DNA from: Nitrospirales bacterium
GTDB lineage: Bacteria; Nitrospirota; Nitrospiria; Nitrospirales; UBA8639
Direction: 5' to 3'
Assembly (NCBI GenBank): GCA_965203295.1
Contig: CBDBCZ010000009.1
Location: 256,001-320,000, forward strand
DNA: 64,000 nt
Positions 1 to 11,247 of this stretch are shown here, one piece after another. The translations under genes and the position numbers were made by a program. Position 1 is the first letter of the stretch; each line of letters starts with the position of its first letter. The notes below the pieces were generated by a model. It saw only the letters and a list, made by a program, of their open reading frames with translations, did no database searches and had not been told where the DNA came from.

Positions 1-1470
1 GATGGGTTCCGTGAGCTGATGGCCTACCTTGAACCTGGCTACAAGGTTCCGAGCCGACCCCATGTTACTTCAGTTCTTCGCCATAAGCACGATCTCGGGA
101 AGGAGCAGCTTCGAAAAAAATTGCAGGACGAGGCCACCTCGATCGCGCTTACCACCGATATCTGGACAAGCGCTGCCACAGAGGCGTACATAACGGTGTC
201 GGCCCACTACATCCCCTCTACCTGGAAGTGCTGCTCTTGTGTTCTGGAGACAAAGCCCTTCCCAGAGCGACATACTGGCCAGGCAATCGCGGACAAACTT
301 GTGGAAATTGCAACGGCCTTCGCGATTGACGAGAAAGTGTCAGCCATTGTCCACGACCAGGCCGCCAATATGGAGCTCTCACTCCAGATCCTAAACAGCA
401 GCAAAGGGTGGGAGAGTCTTCGCTGCAATGCCCACTGTCTCCAACTCTGCCTCAAAGCTGGACTTTCGAGCAATGGCATCTCCAGGCTACTCGGGGCAGG
501 TCGAAAACTTGTTGGCCATTTTAAGCATAGCGTTGTAGCAACTGAGGAGCTCAAGAGGCGCCAAGTGCAAATGGAGACTGGCAGCAAGAAGCTCATTCAG
601 GACTGTGCTACTCGTTGGAACTCGAGTTTCTACATGTTGGAGCGCCTGGTGGAGATGCGCTGGCCGATATCAGCTGTCCTTTCCGATGAGAGTGTAACAA
701 AGAGAAGCGATCGCTCACTTGATCTGAAGAGTGAACAGTGGACGCTAGCAGAAGAGTTAGTCAAGATCCTGAGGCCCTTTGAGGTGGCAACTACATTCTT
801 TAGCTACGAGGAAAATTCTTCCCTCTCATGCATCCTCCCTGTGATCTTTGGCTTAGTAGAAAAGCTGAAGGAAAGCAGTGAGGATTGTCCAGCAATTCGT
901 CAGTTTAAGCAGCTGATGATAGCAGACATGAAACAACGGTGGGAACTGGAGTCTCTGGACACCTCTAGCTGCTTAGTGATGGCTGCTGCACTAGATCCTC
1001 GATTTAAGCAGCTAAAATTCCTCAATGAGTTTCAAATTCAAGCTGTGAAAAGTGAAATCACAGAGAGGATGGACTCCTTTTCAAGACCAGCAGAGCCATC
1101 TTCCACCGGCTCCACTGATGGACCACCAGTGAAGAAGCGGAAGACAGCCCTAGACATACTACTGGGGGAAGATGATGCTTCCAGTTCACATGTGAGCACA
1201 ACAGAGGAGTTGAACCAGTATATGGGAGAGAAGCCTCTGCAAAGAGACTCAGCACCCCTGGATTGGTGGAAGGATAACGCTCATAGATACCCACGACTTG
1301 CCTCAGTTGCTCAGGGGGTTCTTGCTATCCCAGCAACATCCACTCCATCAGAAAGGATTTTTTCAACTGCCGGACTTACCGTTACTAAGCTGCGGAGCTG
1401 TATTAAACCTGAAAATGTAGATTCTCTCATTTTTCTCAACCATAATTTAAAGTTTTTGTCTACACAGTAA
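1..1470 (+). CDS. hAT-superfamily (Ac/ZBED1-like) DDE transposase, 5'-partial, frame intact
   Basis: Frame is open from base 1 (DGFRELM...). Motifs: LTTDIW (D1), VHDQAAN (D2), CNAH (CxxH), TRWNS, ALDPRFK, PLDWWK and C-terminal dimerisation region PATSTPSERIFS (E). Confidence 0.95.
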   Translation, partial: DGFRELMAYLEPGYKVPSRPHVTSVLRHKHDLGKEQLRKKLQDEATSIALTTDIWTSAATEAYITVSAHYIPSTWKCCSCVLETKPFPERHTGQAIADKLVEIATAFAIDEKVSAIVHDQAANMELSLQILNSSKGWESLRCNAHCLQLCLKAGLSSNGISRLLGAGRKLVGHFKHSVVATEELKRRQVQMETGSKKLIQDCATRWNSSFYMLERLVEMRWPISAVLSDESVTKRSDRSLDLKSEQWTLAEELVKILRPFEVATTFFSYEENSSLSCILPVIFGLVEKLKESSEDCPAIRQFKQLMIADMKQRWELESLDTSSCLVMAAALDPRFKQLKFLNEFQIQAVKSEITERMDSFSRPAEPSSTGSTDGPPVKKRKTALDILLGEDDASSSHVSTTEELNQYMGEKPLQRDSAPLDWWKDNAHRYPRLASVAQGVLAIPATSTPSERIFSTAGLTVTKLRSCIKPENVDSLIFLNHNLKFLSTQ

Positions 1471-1720
1471 TATTTTGTGAGCATGCAGCTTACATCTTCG
1501 AGACTTTTTATTATACCTGCTGCTATTTCTGTTTTGTATGTGCCTGCAGCTAACTTTTGAGACCTGCTCTACATGTATAATAACAGTTCCGCCCCTTGCA
1601 GTGTAATGTAAACTATTGCAAAGGTGTATGTAGTGTAAACTAAGGTGCGAAGGTTCGAACACTTCGAAGGTTTCTCAACGAAGGTTCGAAGGTTAATTAA
1701 TAACATTCGTTGCAGCACTA
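1..1720 (+). mobile_element. hAT DNA transposon, right part with terminal inverted repeat
   Basis: Ends ...ATTCGTTGCAGCACTA at 1720 (reverse complement TAGTGCTGCAACGAAT, a hAT-type TAG terminus). Clustered CGAAGGTT/TTCGAA subterminal repeats at 1648-1695. The left end is outside the window. Confidence 0.8.
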
Positions 1721-1800
1721 GTGGTAAGTGTATCTTATAGGTAGCTGTGCGTTCCTAATAGGAATCCTTTTAACATCCAATTTTATTTTTTAACCGATAG

Positions 1801-3513
1801 GTTCCCCTGGGAATAATCACCAAAAATGAAATAAAAATGGAAAACATGATCGAAATCATGAAGGAGCTACACAGATATGTACCAACCAAATAGGGTGATG
1901 GTGTTTCTGGGATGCAGCAGATATGCTTCGGTGGAGACCAGCTAACGGTGGCTAGGGCACGTAAGGGTGTAGCAGTGCAAGCAAACTCCCGAGATCCCTC
2001 ATCAGCCCTTCGTGGGCTCGTTCCTGCTGCAGCTGACTGGCACACTAAAGTCAATTTCATGTCTGTAAGTTGCTAAAACCTACTGAGATGCGACATCCTA
2101 AGTTATCTGTGTAGCCACATTGATAAGGCTCTTATAGAGCCACCTGGCTGGAATTAACACATAATCAGCAGCTCTATAAGAATGTGGAACGGAGAGAATA
2201 GCTGCTTAGACATCTGTTGTGTTGAATGCATACTTATGTTCAGTAAACCTAAAAAAAAATAAAAATTGCCAACCTAATTTCAAAGGGAAAGGTGAAATAC
2301 CAGCAAGGAGGCCTCCTCCCCCCCCTCATGAAATCCTAAATAATAACCTATGCCTTGACAAATTCAATCCTTTTCAGATCATGTGGAAACGCCTGTATAA
2401 GTCTGGCTCCAGCAAAGAGGGTGGCACTCTGCTCCAGCTAAGGAATCGAATCAATCGTAGAAATGTGAGTGATGCACAGGATATCACGAAGCATGTCAAT
2501 GAAATTGAAGATTTCTTGGAGCTGGTGGTGAACTGTCATCTCATAGCTGCAGCAATGCATTTCTTTAGCATGGCCACCACCTCAGATGAGCCACATAGCA
2601 ATGGTTTCCCATCCAACATTGCTGAAATGGAACAACATCGTCGCCAAAAGATCCTATTTGAAAGATTAGGAAGAATTGTCGATGAGTACATAGTTCCTCG
2701 AGAATTCAACTCTGAAAGCAGCCAACCTGAACCTGCCCGAACTAGTGCTACAAATCCACACTTAACCCGAATTAGCACCAAGCACCAGTACACCGCACTG
2801 CCTACCCAGCAGCCCCGTCATCGCCATCTGCCAACATCTGTTATATCTGCTGCTCCGCGCTCTCATGCCAGTCCTGCAGCTTTGTCAGGCTCTTGTTCAA
2901 CATCAGCGCTTCACTGAGAGCTCTTGCTCCGGCATCAGATATCCGGTTGCCAGCGAGCCTGTAAAGAAACACAAACAGCAATTCTGCGTATAGCCAGGGA
3001 TCGAGGCTTAAGTTTTGGATCGGGTTTCAGACCTTATTGCTCATAAAAATCGGATCATAACTGACATGGAGCCGCACTATTAATACAAGAGGGGGACTTG
3101 GCCATAATATTCCGACAGATCTCCACATGGAGCACCTACACCGTAACGTGAAGGACTATGTTGCAAATTTGGGTGCAAACATTGCTGAAAACACAATCGT
3201 GCAATGTGGGAAAAGCCTGGCTGGCATAATGACGGTATGTGATAGATTTGACTCTGAGAATGGTGTATGCCCAACTAGTCAGTCGCACACAAGATCAAGT
3301 GTAACTACAGATGAGAAGATGATAATGGAACTGACTGAAACTTCTCGTGTCTTTGATTATGTCCCAGGTCAATCACACAATACCTTTAAATAAATTCAGC
3401 CTAATGTCGTGCCGAATATAGATAAAAAGAAATTAATCGTCTGGATTGAAGATCAGAAGAAGCATCTGGTGAAGGAGCAACTTTTCGCTAAAGTTTATGG
3501 GCACAAGATCTAA
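1801..3513 (+). pseudogene. AcademH-type (DUF6589-like) transposase, spliced and disrupted
   Basis: Exon 1801-2064: VPLGII...YVPTK*...FGGDQLTVARAR...GLVPAAADWHTK, with an in-frame TAG at 1891. Exon from 2378: IMWKRLY...GTLLQLRNRINRRNV...EDFLELVV. From 3061: LTWSRTINTRGGLGHNIPTDLHMEHL, with a further stop at 3391. The middle is replaced by foreign DNA. Confidence 0.75.
2875..2958 (-). pseudogene. Isolated NLR/ribonuclease-inhibitor-type leucine-rich-repeat exon fragment
   Basis: Minus strand: polypyrimidine acceptor gtttgtgtttctttacag, then 84 bp encoding LAGNRISDAGARALSEALMLNKSLTKL (RI-like 28-aa LRR consensus). No GT donor follows. Confidence 0.75.
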
Positions 3514-3589
3514 TTTCTATCTATAATTCACACACTGTCTGTGTGAACATGCACATGGCACACACACACACACATCTGTACATATTAAT

Positions 3590-4318
3590 TACTAGTTGTA
3601 CGCAAGCGCAGGGCCTCGCGCACATGCAGTAGCAATTACTGCATGTGTATTGTATCTACACAGTATGGACAAGTACAATATTATGTTGCGTAATTTAAAT
3701 TTAGCGAATGCAATGCATGAGTATAGAAGGCACCATGTAAGTTCTTGTTACCGTAGCCATAGTATTATCTGTGTCGTAGCCATACAGTAGTACCTTTGCG
3801 TCTCAGTCTCTCGCTGGCGTCTCTCTCGGGCGCGCTTCCTGAGGGCCTGCAATCGTGCAGATCTTCGCGGTCGCAGTTCTTCTCGTCTGCTGGCTGCCAT
3901 GCGCTGCCGCTGTCTACTCCGACGAAGTGCGGCGGGTCGGCGACCGATGCCGATGGTGGCATGCCGGGGTAGCTTTTTCTCTCTGGCGCTGTTTGCGCTT
4001 GCGGGCTAGCCGTCTCGCTCGATCTGCCGGACTTTCTGCACTGTCTGACATCTTGCCGAATAGTAATCTTTAACAAAGACTTTGGGTGGGCCGGTCGTGC
4101 GCATACATTTACGGAGCGAACAAAGAGCATTGTGCTTGGAGCAATGCATCCGGGCGGGCCGGTCGTGCGCATACATTTATGGGGCGTAAGCAGAGAATCA
4201 ATTGCATTCCTAAGCGTGACGGAAGTTGCGCACATACATATATATATATATACATACGCTAGCTGAGATTTTAGCCCACACTGCAAGATTAGTTGCCTCG
4301 CGCTAAGGCGCTCGGCAA
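3590..4318 (+). mobile_element. Non-autonomous Helitron/Helentron-like element
   Basis: Its end block (aattgcattcctaagc...(TA)n...gattagttgcctcgcgctaaggcgctcggcaa, imperfect hairpin) is shared with a second copy at about 46700-46824. Left boundary approximate. Confidence 0.55.
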
Positions 4319-4387
4319 TGATGTTAGTGCATGCATGTATGTACTTAATTGTATTCAAAAGTTTATATTAATTATCAAGAATTCAAT

Positions 4388-5085
4388 TTAATTAGCAGAC
4401 TTGATAATGTCATAAATACTACATGCATGTGATTCAGACACAACACCTAGACTAGTTACATCTGCAATGGACTTGATGCTGTCCTTGTTCTTAACAACAT
4501 CACAGATGACAGCATCTAGTAATCCAGTGGTAATTTCTTCTCCAAATAGTAAAGGGAGTTTATGGCCACGCTCATCTGTAAGTTTGCACAATTCGTTACG
4601 ATAGTCAAGTAATGCCTTGTGCAATTGAGTGTTCTTTCCCTTTTTTACTTCCTGTACTGGGGAGCTTGGACAAGTAGTCAAGGTATCATCTTGTTCAATA
4701 ATCTCAGACATTTCAGATTCGGTGAAAGACAGGTTGGGTCTGCACTCGGTACACATACACTCTCGCTGGCAAATGTCACAACACTTGTGAATCGGCTCAG
4801 GACAGATGACAGTGTCAGGGGCGGCAAATTCTTTCATAAGCAGCTTTCTCCTGCAAAATCCCGAATTTCTACAGTAGAGTTTCATAGTGTCAGATATGCG
4901 GCTACCTTTGGAAACATCGCTCTTCCGAAAATATAAAACAGAATCCATACCATCACGGCCACATCGACCACTTTCTTGCACAAACGCTTGAATACTCTCT
5001 GATGGCCCCCAGTGGATCGATTGGTGAATATCGGGTGCGTCAAGCCCCATGCCAAAAGCTATCGTAGCTACAACAATACGAACAT
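4388..5085 (-). pseudogene. RecQ-like SF2 helicase C-terminal part (AcademH-associated), 5'-truncated
   Basis: VRIVVATIAFGMGLDAPDI...IHWGP...FVQESGRCGRDG (motifs V/VI), then CRRKLL and CCDIC zinc-binding motifs. Convergent with the DUF6589-like transposase, consistent with an AcademH element. Confidence 0.8.
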
Positions 5086-5098
5086 CGGAGGCTCGGTC

Positions 5099-5164
5099 GG
5101 AGGCTCGGGCGGAGATGCCCCGCCCTCAGATGGAGGCTCGGGCGGAGATGCCCCTCCCTCAGAT
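5099..5164. repeat. 33-bp tandem repeat x2 in a Pro/acidic-rich fragment fused to the RecQ relic
   Basis: ggaggctcgggcggagatgccccgccctcagat twice, followed by degenerate copies. Encodes PPEPPSEGGAS on the minus strand. Confidence 0.8.
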
Positions 5165-6536
5165 GGGGGCTCAAGCTGCAAAGATTCTCCCTCAGATGGG
5201 GAACCCCCATCGGGAGATGGGGTATGTCGCTCCGACTCATCGTACTGGATGCCTGGCCCGTCGGATGATGAGGCGTCGAGCTGTGAATCATCCATCATCC
5301 CTGGACCATCGAAATCTGGGTCTTGTTCAAAGAGGGTTGATCCTCCTTGTGGTGATGAAAGGGGGGGTTGTGGAGATGGTGTCCCTTCAAAATACGGTCG
5401 GGGGTCCCCTTCTATCCTTGTCGCCAGGATGGAGTTCAGCGTCTTAAGAGAAAAAAATACGGTCAAGTTTAGGTGGATCGTACATGAAATTACCGCCATA
5501 TGCACTTTTTAACTGATATGTCTTGTGCACACTCCTTGTATAATGTATTATCATCCTACATCTTGGCTAACCGGGTACATTATTGCTGAACATACTTCTA
5601 GGGTTTCTTCTGGTCTTCATTGGAGGACAGTTGCTGATTAGTTCTATCAGCCATCTCAATCAGTTTTCCACCAAAGAGTTCTTGGAAACGTTCCATATCT
5701 GCAGGTTAAAGGGTAATCATGTACACACTAGAAATTGTAAGCTATTTTACTACCTTCAGTAGCTTGCTTCCTGCTGAATTATAGGCTCGCTAAATTAACT
5801 GGACCGGTTGAAACTTGCCTAAGGGTAAAAATACGCAGTAAGCTAATTTGCAACGAGCCCCACCCATTTAACTCCGCCCACTTACAGTAGCTCGCTTTAA
5901 AAGCTTTAATAAAAACTAAACATTTGCACTGGGCCCATAAAAGCCTACAGTAAACCCATAACACTGAAACTTTTCTTCAAAAAAAAGGCTTGTGGCGATT
6001 GCCAATCACTTCGCTACATATATACAGCAAAAATCCACCAGTGTAACATGTTATGCTAAGCTTTCTACGAATTTTAAGGCTTGCCTTCACCCGATCTGCA
6101 TGCGTGCGCAAAGGTTAGTGCGCTATATAGCAGCGGTGTGGTGGTATACTCACCTTGTCTTGCTAAAGCTTTTCAAATCGTGCACGTGCACAGTTTGAAT
6201 TTCATGTGAGCAATTTGAATTTCACGTGGTCGGTCAGTGGGTGCGCTAATAGAAGGCGGAGCCGAATAGAGAAGAGCGAGGTAGGGTGCCAAGCTATTGC
6301 TTTCTTTTAAACATATAGATAACTATACTGTATCACACGAGCGGCTCTTTCATTAATCCCTTTTATGCTTCCATGCCTGAGCGCCTATGTCATTATGTTG
6401 CTTGAAATAAAATGTGACGCGTTACGAAGGCATATCTATATTATGACACATTACAACACAGTGACATATATATATATACAAGGTTACATATCATGACAAA
6501 TTACAATAGCATAAAGACAGAATACAATGGCACATG

Positions 6537-6708
6537 CATTGGAACCCCTCTTAATGGACACCCCTAAAATAAGGACACCGCTGCCTGTATTAAGAATGCC
6601 TTGCTGTGTCCCAAACATGCATACAAATTTACCCCGAAGTGAGGACACCCCTCTATGCAGGACACTTTACCAGGACCTCAAGATGTCTACATTAGAGGGG
6701 TTCCACTA
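6537..6708. mobile_element. MITE with Tc1/mariner-pogo-type CAGTGGAACC-like TIRs
   Basis: cattggaacccctct ... agaggggttccacta inverted ends, with internal GGACAC repeats. Confidence 0.65.
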
Positions 6709-6994
6709 CACTACATGGCAACATTATTTCATTACACTACAATACACTATACTACAAAGTTCCTACACTAGGAAAAGTTCAGTTGTTGATTATTTATAAT
6801 CTAAAATTCACTTGTTGATAATATTTATAATCTGCAGGGAATGGAATTATAATTACCTATCAAATAATACACAATCTCTGTGAACTTACCACTTGCAGCG
6901 TCCCCTTCATTTCCCCCTGCCTCCTCTTCCCCTCCCCCACCACCTCTCCCCCCTCCTCCAACTCCCCCACCACCTCCAACTCCCCCTCCTCCAA

Positions 6995-7575
6995 CAGTGT
7001 ATAAGTGAGCAGTTCAATTTTGCGACCGGCTTTTGACAGCAACTATGTCAGAGAAATGCAGCCATGTGTGTGCATTTAATGCCAATATTTCCATCATAAT
7101 CACACAAAGGAGCAGTATGTCACAATGTTGTACTTATGTCCAACAAAGCATGCAACTCCTCATTTGAACAATAGATTACATGTAATGCTACGTTGAGGAC
7201 TGGGAGTGGAAGCAACACTACGCAGATCTGATAGCTCCTCCACAGACATGATAGACCCTGATATGGCGGAAACTGGAGGACAGAATGGTGGTAACATAGC
7301 ACCTAAAACGAGCCAAGAAAAAAAAGATGTTAAACTTAACCCCATAGTATAAACACGCACACTAACCAAACACACATCAGAACCAGTTGCCAGTGGTGCG
7401 TGCTCATCAGGTGGGGTTGATGCAGTGCTGCGAAGGTCCAACGATCCCACTGAAGTGGTGGCAGGTACTAATGAGGCGGAAACCTGGAGAAAAAAAAAAA
7501 GACTGAAAGTAGAGGTGGAATGTATTCAGAACAGCAAGCTGTATGTCTGATCTTGCAGCCACATATGCCACTTTC
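6995..7575. repeat. Dispersed duplicated block (further copies at about 8960-9340 and 18715-19350)
   Basis: Near-identical text in all three places, e.g. gcagatctgatagctcctccacaga...ccagttgccagtggtgcgtgctcatcaggtggggttgatgcagtgctgcgaaggtcc. Confidence 0.9.
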
Positions 7576-8104
7576 TGAAGTATAAAGTTTAACAAGTTTT
7601 TAACATTGTAAACTGAAGACGGCTATGAGAGTAATCAGTGCCTACACCGATTTAATTTATCAATGGCCTTCACGTATCGGCCTTCCCAGTCGTCTTCAGA
7701 CTGCCCCTGTTTGAGGGGGAAATGGAGGTACATTAACTGTAGGATTAAGTTGTTCTTTTCCACGCTATCCGTAACAGTTACATCTCCTCTCATCCTCTGA
7801 AAAAACAGCCTTAATTGACAGGTTTTTGCAGGGGAATTATTCCTGGAATTAGCATTCCGCTTTATTACAAGGATTTCTGCACCTGTGATCTCAAGTCATC
7901 AAAATTGAAGAGCACCTCTGTAAGTTCTACAGAGATCTTTGCACCGAAACTGGCAATCTACGGCATGAACTTGTGTGTCTGTCACCTAAGCTTGGAGTTC
8001 ATCTTTGCCCTTCAGATTACCCAACCAACATTCTAAGGAAAATGTGAACAGGACATGGCTTCAGAGTATTGGCCATTTTACCACTGGAAACAGCAACCTT
8101 TGGC

Positions 8105-8570
8105 AGCATCAGGATGCCTGCAGGAGAGGCATGGTGGAGAGATCTGCGATTGCAGAACATGCTTGGGAGAACCAGCATCCCATCAAATGGGAGGAGACTG
8201 AGATCGTCGACCAGGCCAGGAGACCGAAGGAACTGCTACTGAAGGAGGCTCTCCACATCCAGATGACGCCTGCTGAAGAGCGGTTCAACCGTGACGCAGG
8301 GCTGGAGCTCCCCGGCTGCTGGACGGCGACCCTGAGGAGATTGCAGGGCGGGGCTGGTTCAGGACGACCCCTGACCTCCCGGGACATCCGGTGACGTGTT
8401 TTGATGGATTTTTGATGTGTGCGGCTAATAAATAGCAGGTGTTAGCGTCTAACTTCACTTTCGCCCTGAAGAAGACTAGAGCATCTAGTCGAAACGTCGG
8501 CAAAGTTTCTTTCCGAGTTAGTTGGTATTCAGAGAACTTTCCTTTAGTATTCAGAGAACTTTCCTTTAGA
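8105..8570 (+). mobile_element. Penelope-like element 3' fragment (GIY-YIG endonuclease tail)
   Basis: QHQDACRRG...SAIAEHAWENQHPIKWEETEIVDQ...LLLKEALHI...FNRDAGLELPGCW is a typical PLE C-terminus. It is followed by a hammerhead motif and a duplicated tail tattcagagaactttccttta x2. Confidence 0.85.
8458..8505 (+). ncRNA. Minimal type I hammerhead ribozyme (PLE-associated)
   Basis: CTGAAGA (8466-8472), stem II GACTAG/agcat/CTAGTC, GAAA (8491-8494), ACGT palindrome with GTC cleavage triplet, stem I CTTT(C)GCC/GGCAAAG. Confidence 0.8.
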
Positions 8571-10187
8571 AGTAAAAAGCATTGTAATTAACATTGTGGT
8601 ACATTGGGGGGGGGGGGGGGGGGAAGGGGAGTTTGTGTGATAACAGATGTATACATAACGATGAGTAGTATAATATTCACAATATGTGCGGCAGTGCTGG
8701 GTTGACCGGCTCGCTCCAATAAAGAGTTTCATAAGAAATATGATATAGATACGAGTCTAACTGCACTCCAAAGTGTAGCGGCTTAGGGTGAGAAGAGATG
8801 TGAGTGAGCATTGATACGGGTAAATAGAGAAACAATTGTATATTGCTAGGGTACATACATTTAAGTTGAGTCAGGTGCTCAAATAATGCTGGAAAAATTG
8901 TTACGCCAAAAGTTTTATGGAGTTTTATTTAACTTCTCAACAAACAGGTACGCGCTCACCAACTGAGGACTGGGGGTGGAAGTAGCGCTACGCAGATCTG
9001 ATAGCTCCTCCACAGATATGACAGACCTTAATATGGCGGAAACTGGAGGACAGAATGGTGGTAACTTAGCACCTAAAACGAGCCAAGAAAAACAGGATGT
9101 TAAACTTAACCCCATAGTATAAACACACACTAACCAAACACACATCAGAACCAGTTGCCAGTGGTGCGTGCTCATCAGGTGGGGTTGATGCAGTGCTGCG
9201 AAGGTCCAATGATCCCACTGAAGTGGTGGGGGGTACTGATGAGGCGGAAACCTGGAGAAATAGAAAGACTGAAAGTAGAGGTGGAATGTATTCAGAACAG
9301 CAAGCTGTACGTCTGATCTTACAGCCACATATGCTAATTTTTTTTGCCTTGCTTGTCTGATGGCAAGGTGAAACTGCCCTGGACAACCAAACTTGTACTT
9401 TAACCCCAAAATCTTTTTTGTACGATACTTCACAAGCCTGCAGTTCAAAGTTGAACCCTTAGCACCAACAGGAGTACTGGCACCAGTAAGCCATCTCCTA
9501 AGCATTACTATGGTACTGAACTTCGAAGGCATATCCTTTAACGTGAACTGCAAGTGTACAGCTAGGTTTAAGAATGCACAATTGCAACAGTTTGCACTAC
9601 TATTGGAAGGCCATGGCTGTTAAATAGTCAGTCAACATGTGCATTAAACAAATTTGCGGTACCGTTTATTTCATTTGACCCAAACAAATTACCAAACCAT
9701 TTTCGAGGTGCACCAGCAAACTGAGCTTTACACGTACGTAATTCAAGTTTCCCAGAGGCAGCCACAAATACTACTACTACAACTACTATACTAAAACACA
9801 CCACTCACCCATCCAGCAGTGCAGTCCTTGACGGCGTTTGGAGTTGGGATGGGAATAGCAGAGTAGGCGATGCATTCTCCAACAGCTGCCGGGCTGTGGA
9901 CGAGTGTACAGGTGGAATGGATGGTGCTTCAGCATCCTGGGGATGTATTGCATATGCGAAAAGCGCTTATATAACACACTACGCATGACTTCAGATAGTT
10001 TTATACTTACCTGTCTTCGTCCAAGAGTACTCGCAGTGGTGCTGCTTCGAGGTATTCTTAAAGTGTTTCCCATAACGAGATGTTGCCGTCACACTGAGCT
10101 TTTGCTGCACTAGCATCGCTTTTTAAAACGACTGCGCCATGTGTTCGCCGCTTCTGCAGATACTGGATCCAGCTGCCTAAGGAATGT

Positions 10188-10915
10188 TATTGGGGCGAGC
10201 CTGAGCGAGCCCCAAACTTAGCGACTTGGCTGCGCATAATCTGTCTGTATTATTATTATTATTATTATCGTGGTACGTACGTCTTGCCGAATATATGCAA
10301 ATTCTAAACTATGCACAATGTTCTATATTTGCGCCCTTGGTATAAATTTCTTTAACCACGTGCACGTGCGTATACGAGGCTTCAGTGACAGCGTGAACGG
10401 GAGAGGAACCGCTGTGTTTTGCAAACCAACAGAATGTAAGGTTTGTTAGAAGACCGGCATTGTTAGCTAGCTAATTAGCATATCAGTAGCTATTAGACAT
10501 GGGCAATATGACCTGTCATCAATCTGCCCCAGGATATTACCTCTTTTGTCGCTAGCTTGCCATGACTGCCCAGCGAGCTTGATATCATAATTAAAAGACA
10601 GGAAAGAGCCTTTATTTTTGACTTCCATGCTTGTGAAAAGAGCCATCGTGCTTAATAGTGTTCTATAGGCCTAGTGCTTGCTGGCACTACACTGATGCTC
10701 CTGCTCTACTACAAGAGGACGGACCTCATCACTGAGCAGAGACCATAGAACACACTGACAGGAATGCACTTCAGAGCATTCTCCAAATTTTTCATTCCTC
10801 AAGTTACTCACTCAGTCTGTCACTGCACGGACTCTGAAGAATTTGTACATACTCATTGTCATCACATGCTTCGCGAAGGCTCGCCCCACTATGCCCTGCA
10901 TATCACTAGTTTATA
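10188..10915. mobile_element. Helentron/HINE-like non-autonomous element
   Basis: Starts with the hairpin tggggcgagcctgagcgagcccca, then tctgtctg. Shares internal blocks (tttaaccacgtgca, gtgaacggg..gagaggaaccgc) with a copy at about 63198-63600. Confidence 0.55.
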
Positions 10916-11013
10916 TTATGAAACGAGCGCTGCAAGCTCTATGCTCGTGCAGAGCCAACTCGCTAGTGTGGGGCTCACCCCATCAGATGGTTTACACCAG
11001 ACTCGTACTACGA

Positions 11014-11247
11014 ACCCGGGCCTCGGTACTCTGGCAGTCTGCACACCACCTGCCAGGCTGAGCCCTGGCGTCCCACCGAGAGACTGATGCACCATCCTGT
11101 TCCGATGCAGCCCCCTCCCCCCACACCTCCGGCCACGCCCACAATCCCACGCCCCATGCTAGGGCAACACCACCACCATCATCTCGACCCAGTACCCGGG
11201 CCTCGGTACTCTGGCAGTCTGCACACCACCTGCCAGGCTGAGCCCTG
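11014..11247. repeat. Perfect 54-bp direct repeats 180 bp apart (11014-11067 and 11194-11247)
   Basis: acccgggcctcggtactctggcagtctgcacaccacctgccaggctgagccctg occurs twice, flanking a C-rich spacer. Confidence 0.9.

Noticed and set aside
3765..4358. 197-aa minus-strand ORF
   Set aside because: It lies within a non-autonomous repeat, crosses a (TA)n tract and has no recognisable domain.
4388..5050. Host WRN/BLM/RECQL gene
   Set aside because: Truncated, fused to unrelated sequence and paired with a transposase. Better explained as AcademH cargo.
7610..7700. Two CTGAAGA-containing hammerhead-like remnants on opposite strands
   Set aside because: The GAAA box is missing or mutated (GATA) and the stems are broken.
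8915..9553. 212-aa minus-strand ORF
   Set aside because: Chimeric across the boundary of a duplicated block whose other copies are frameshifted. No domain recognised.
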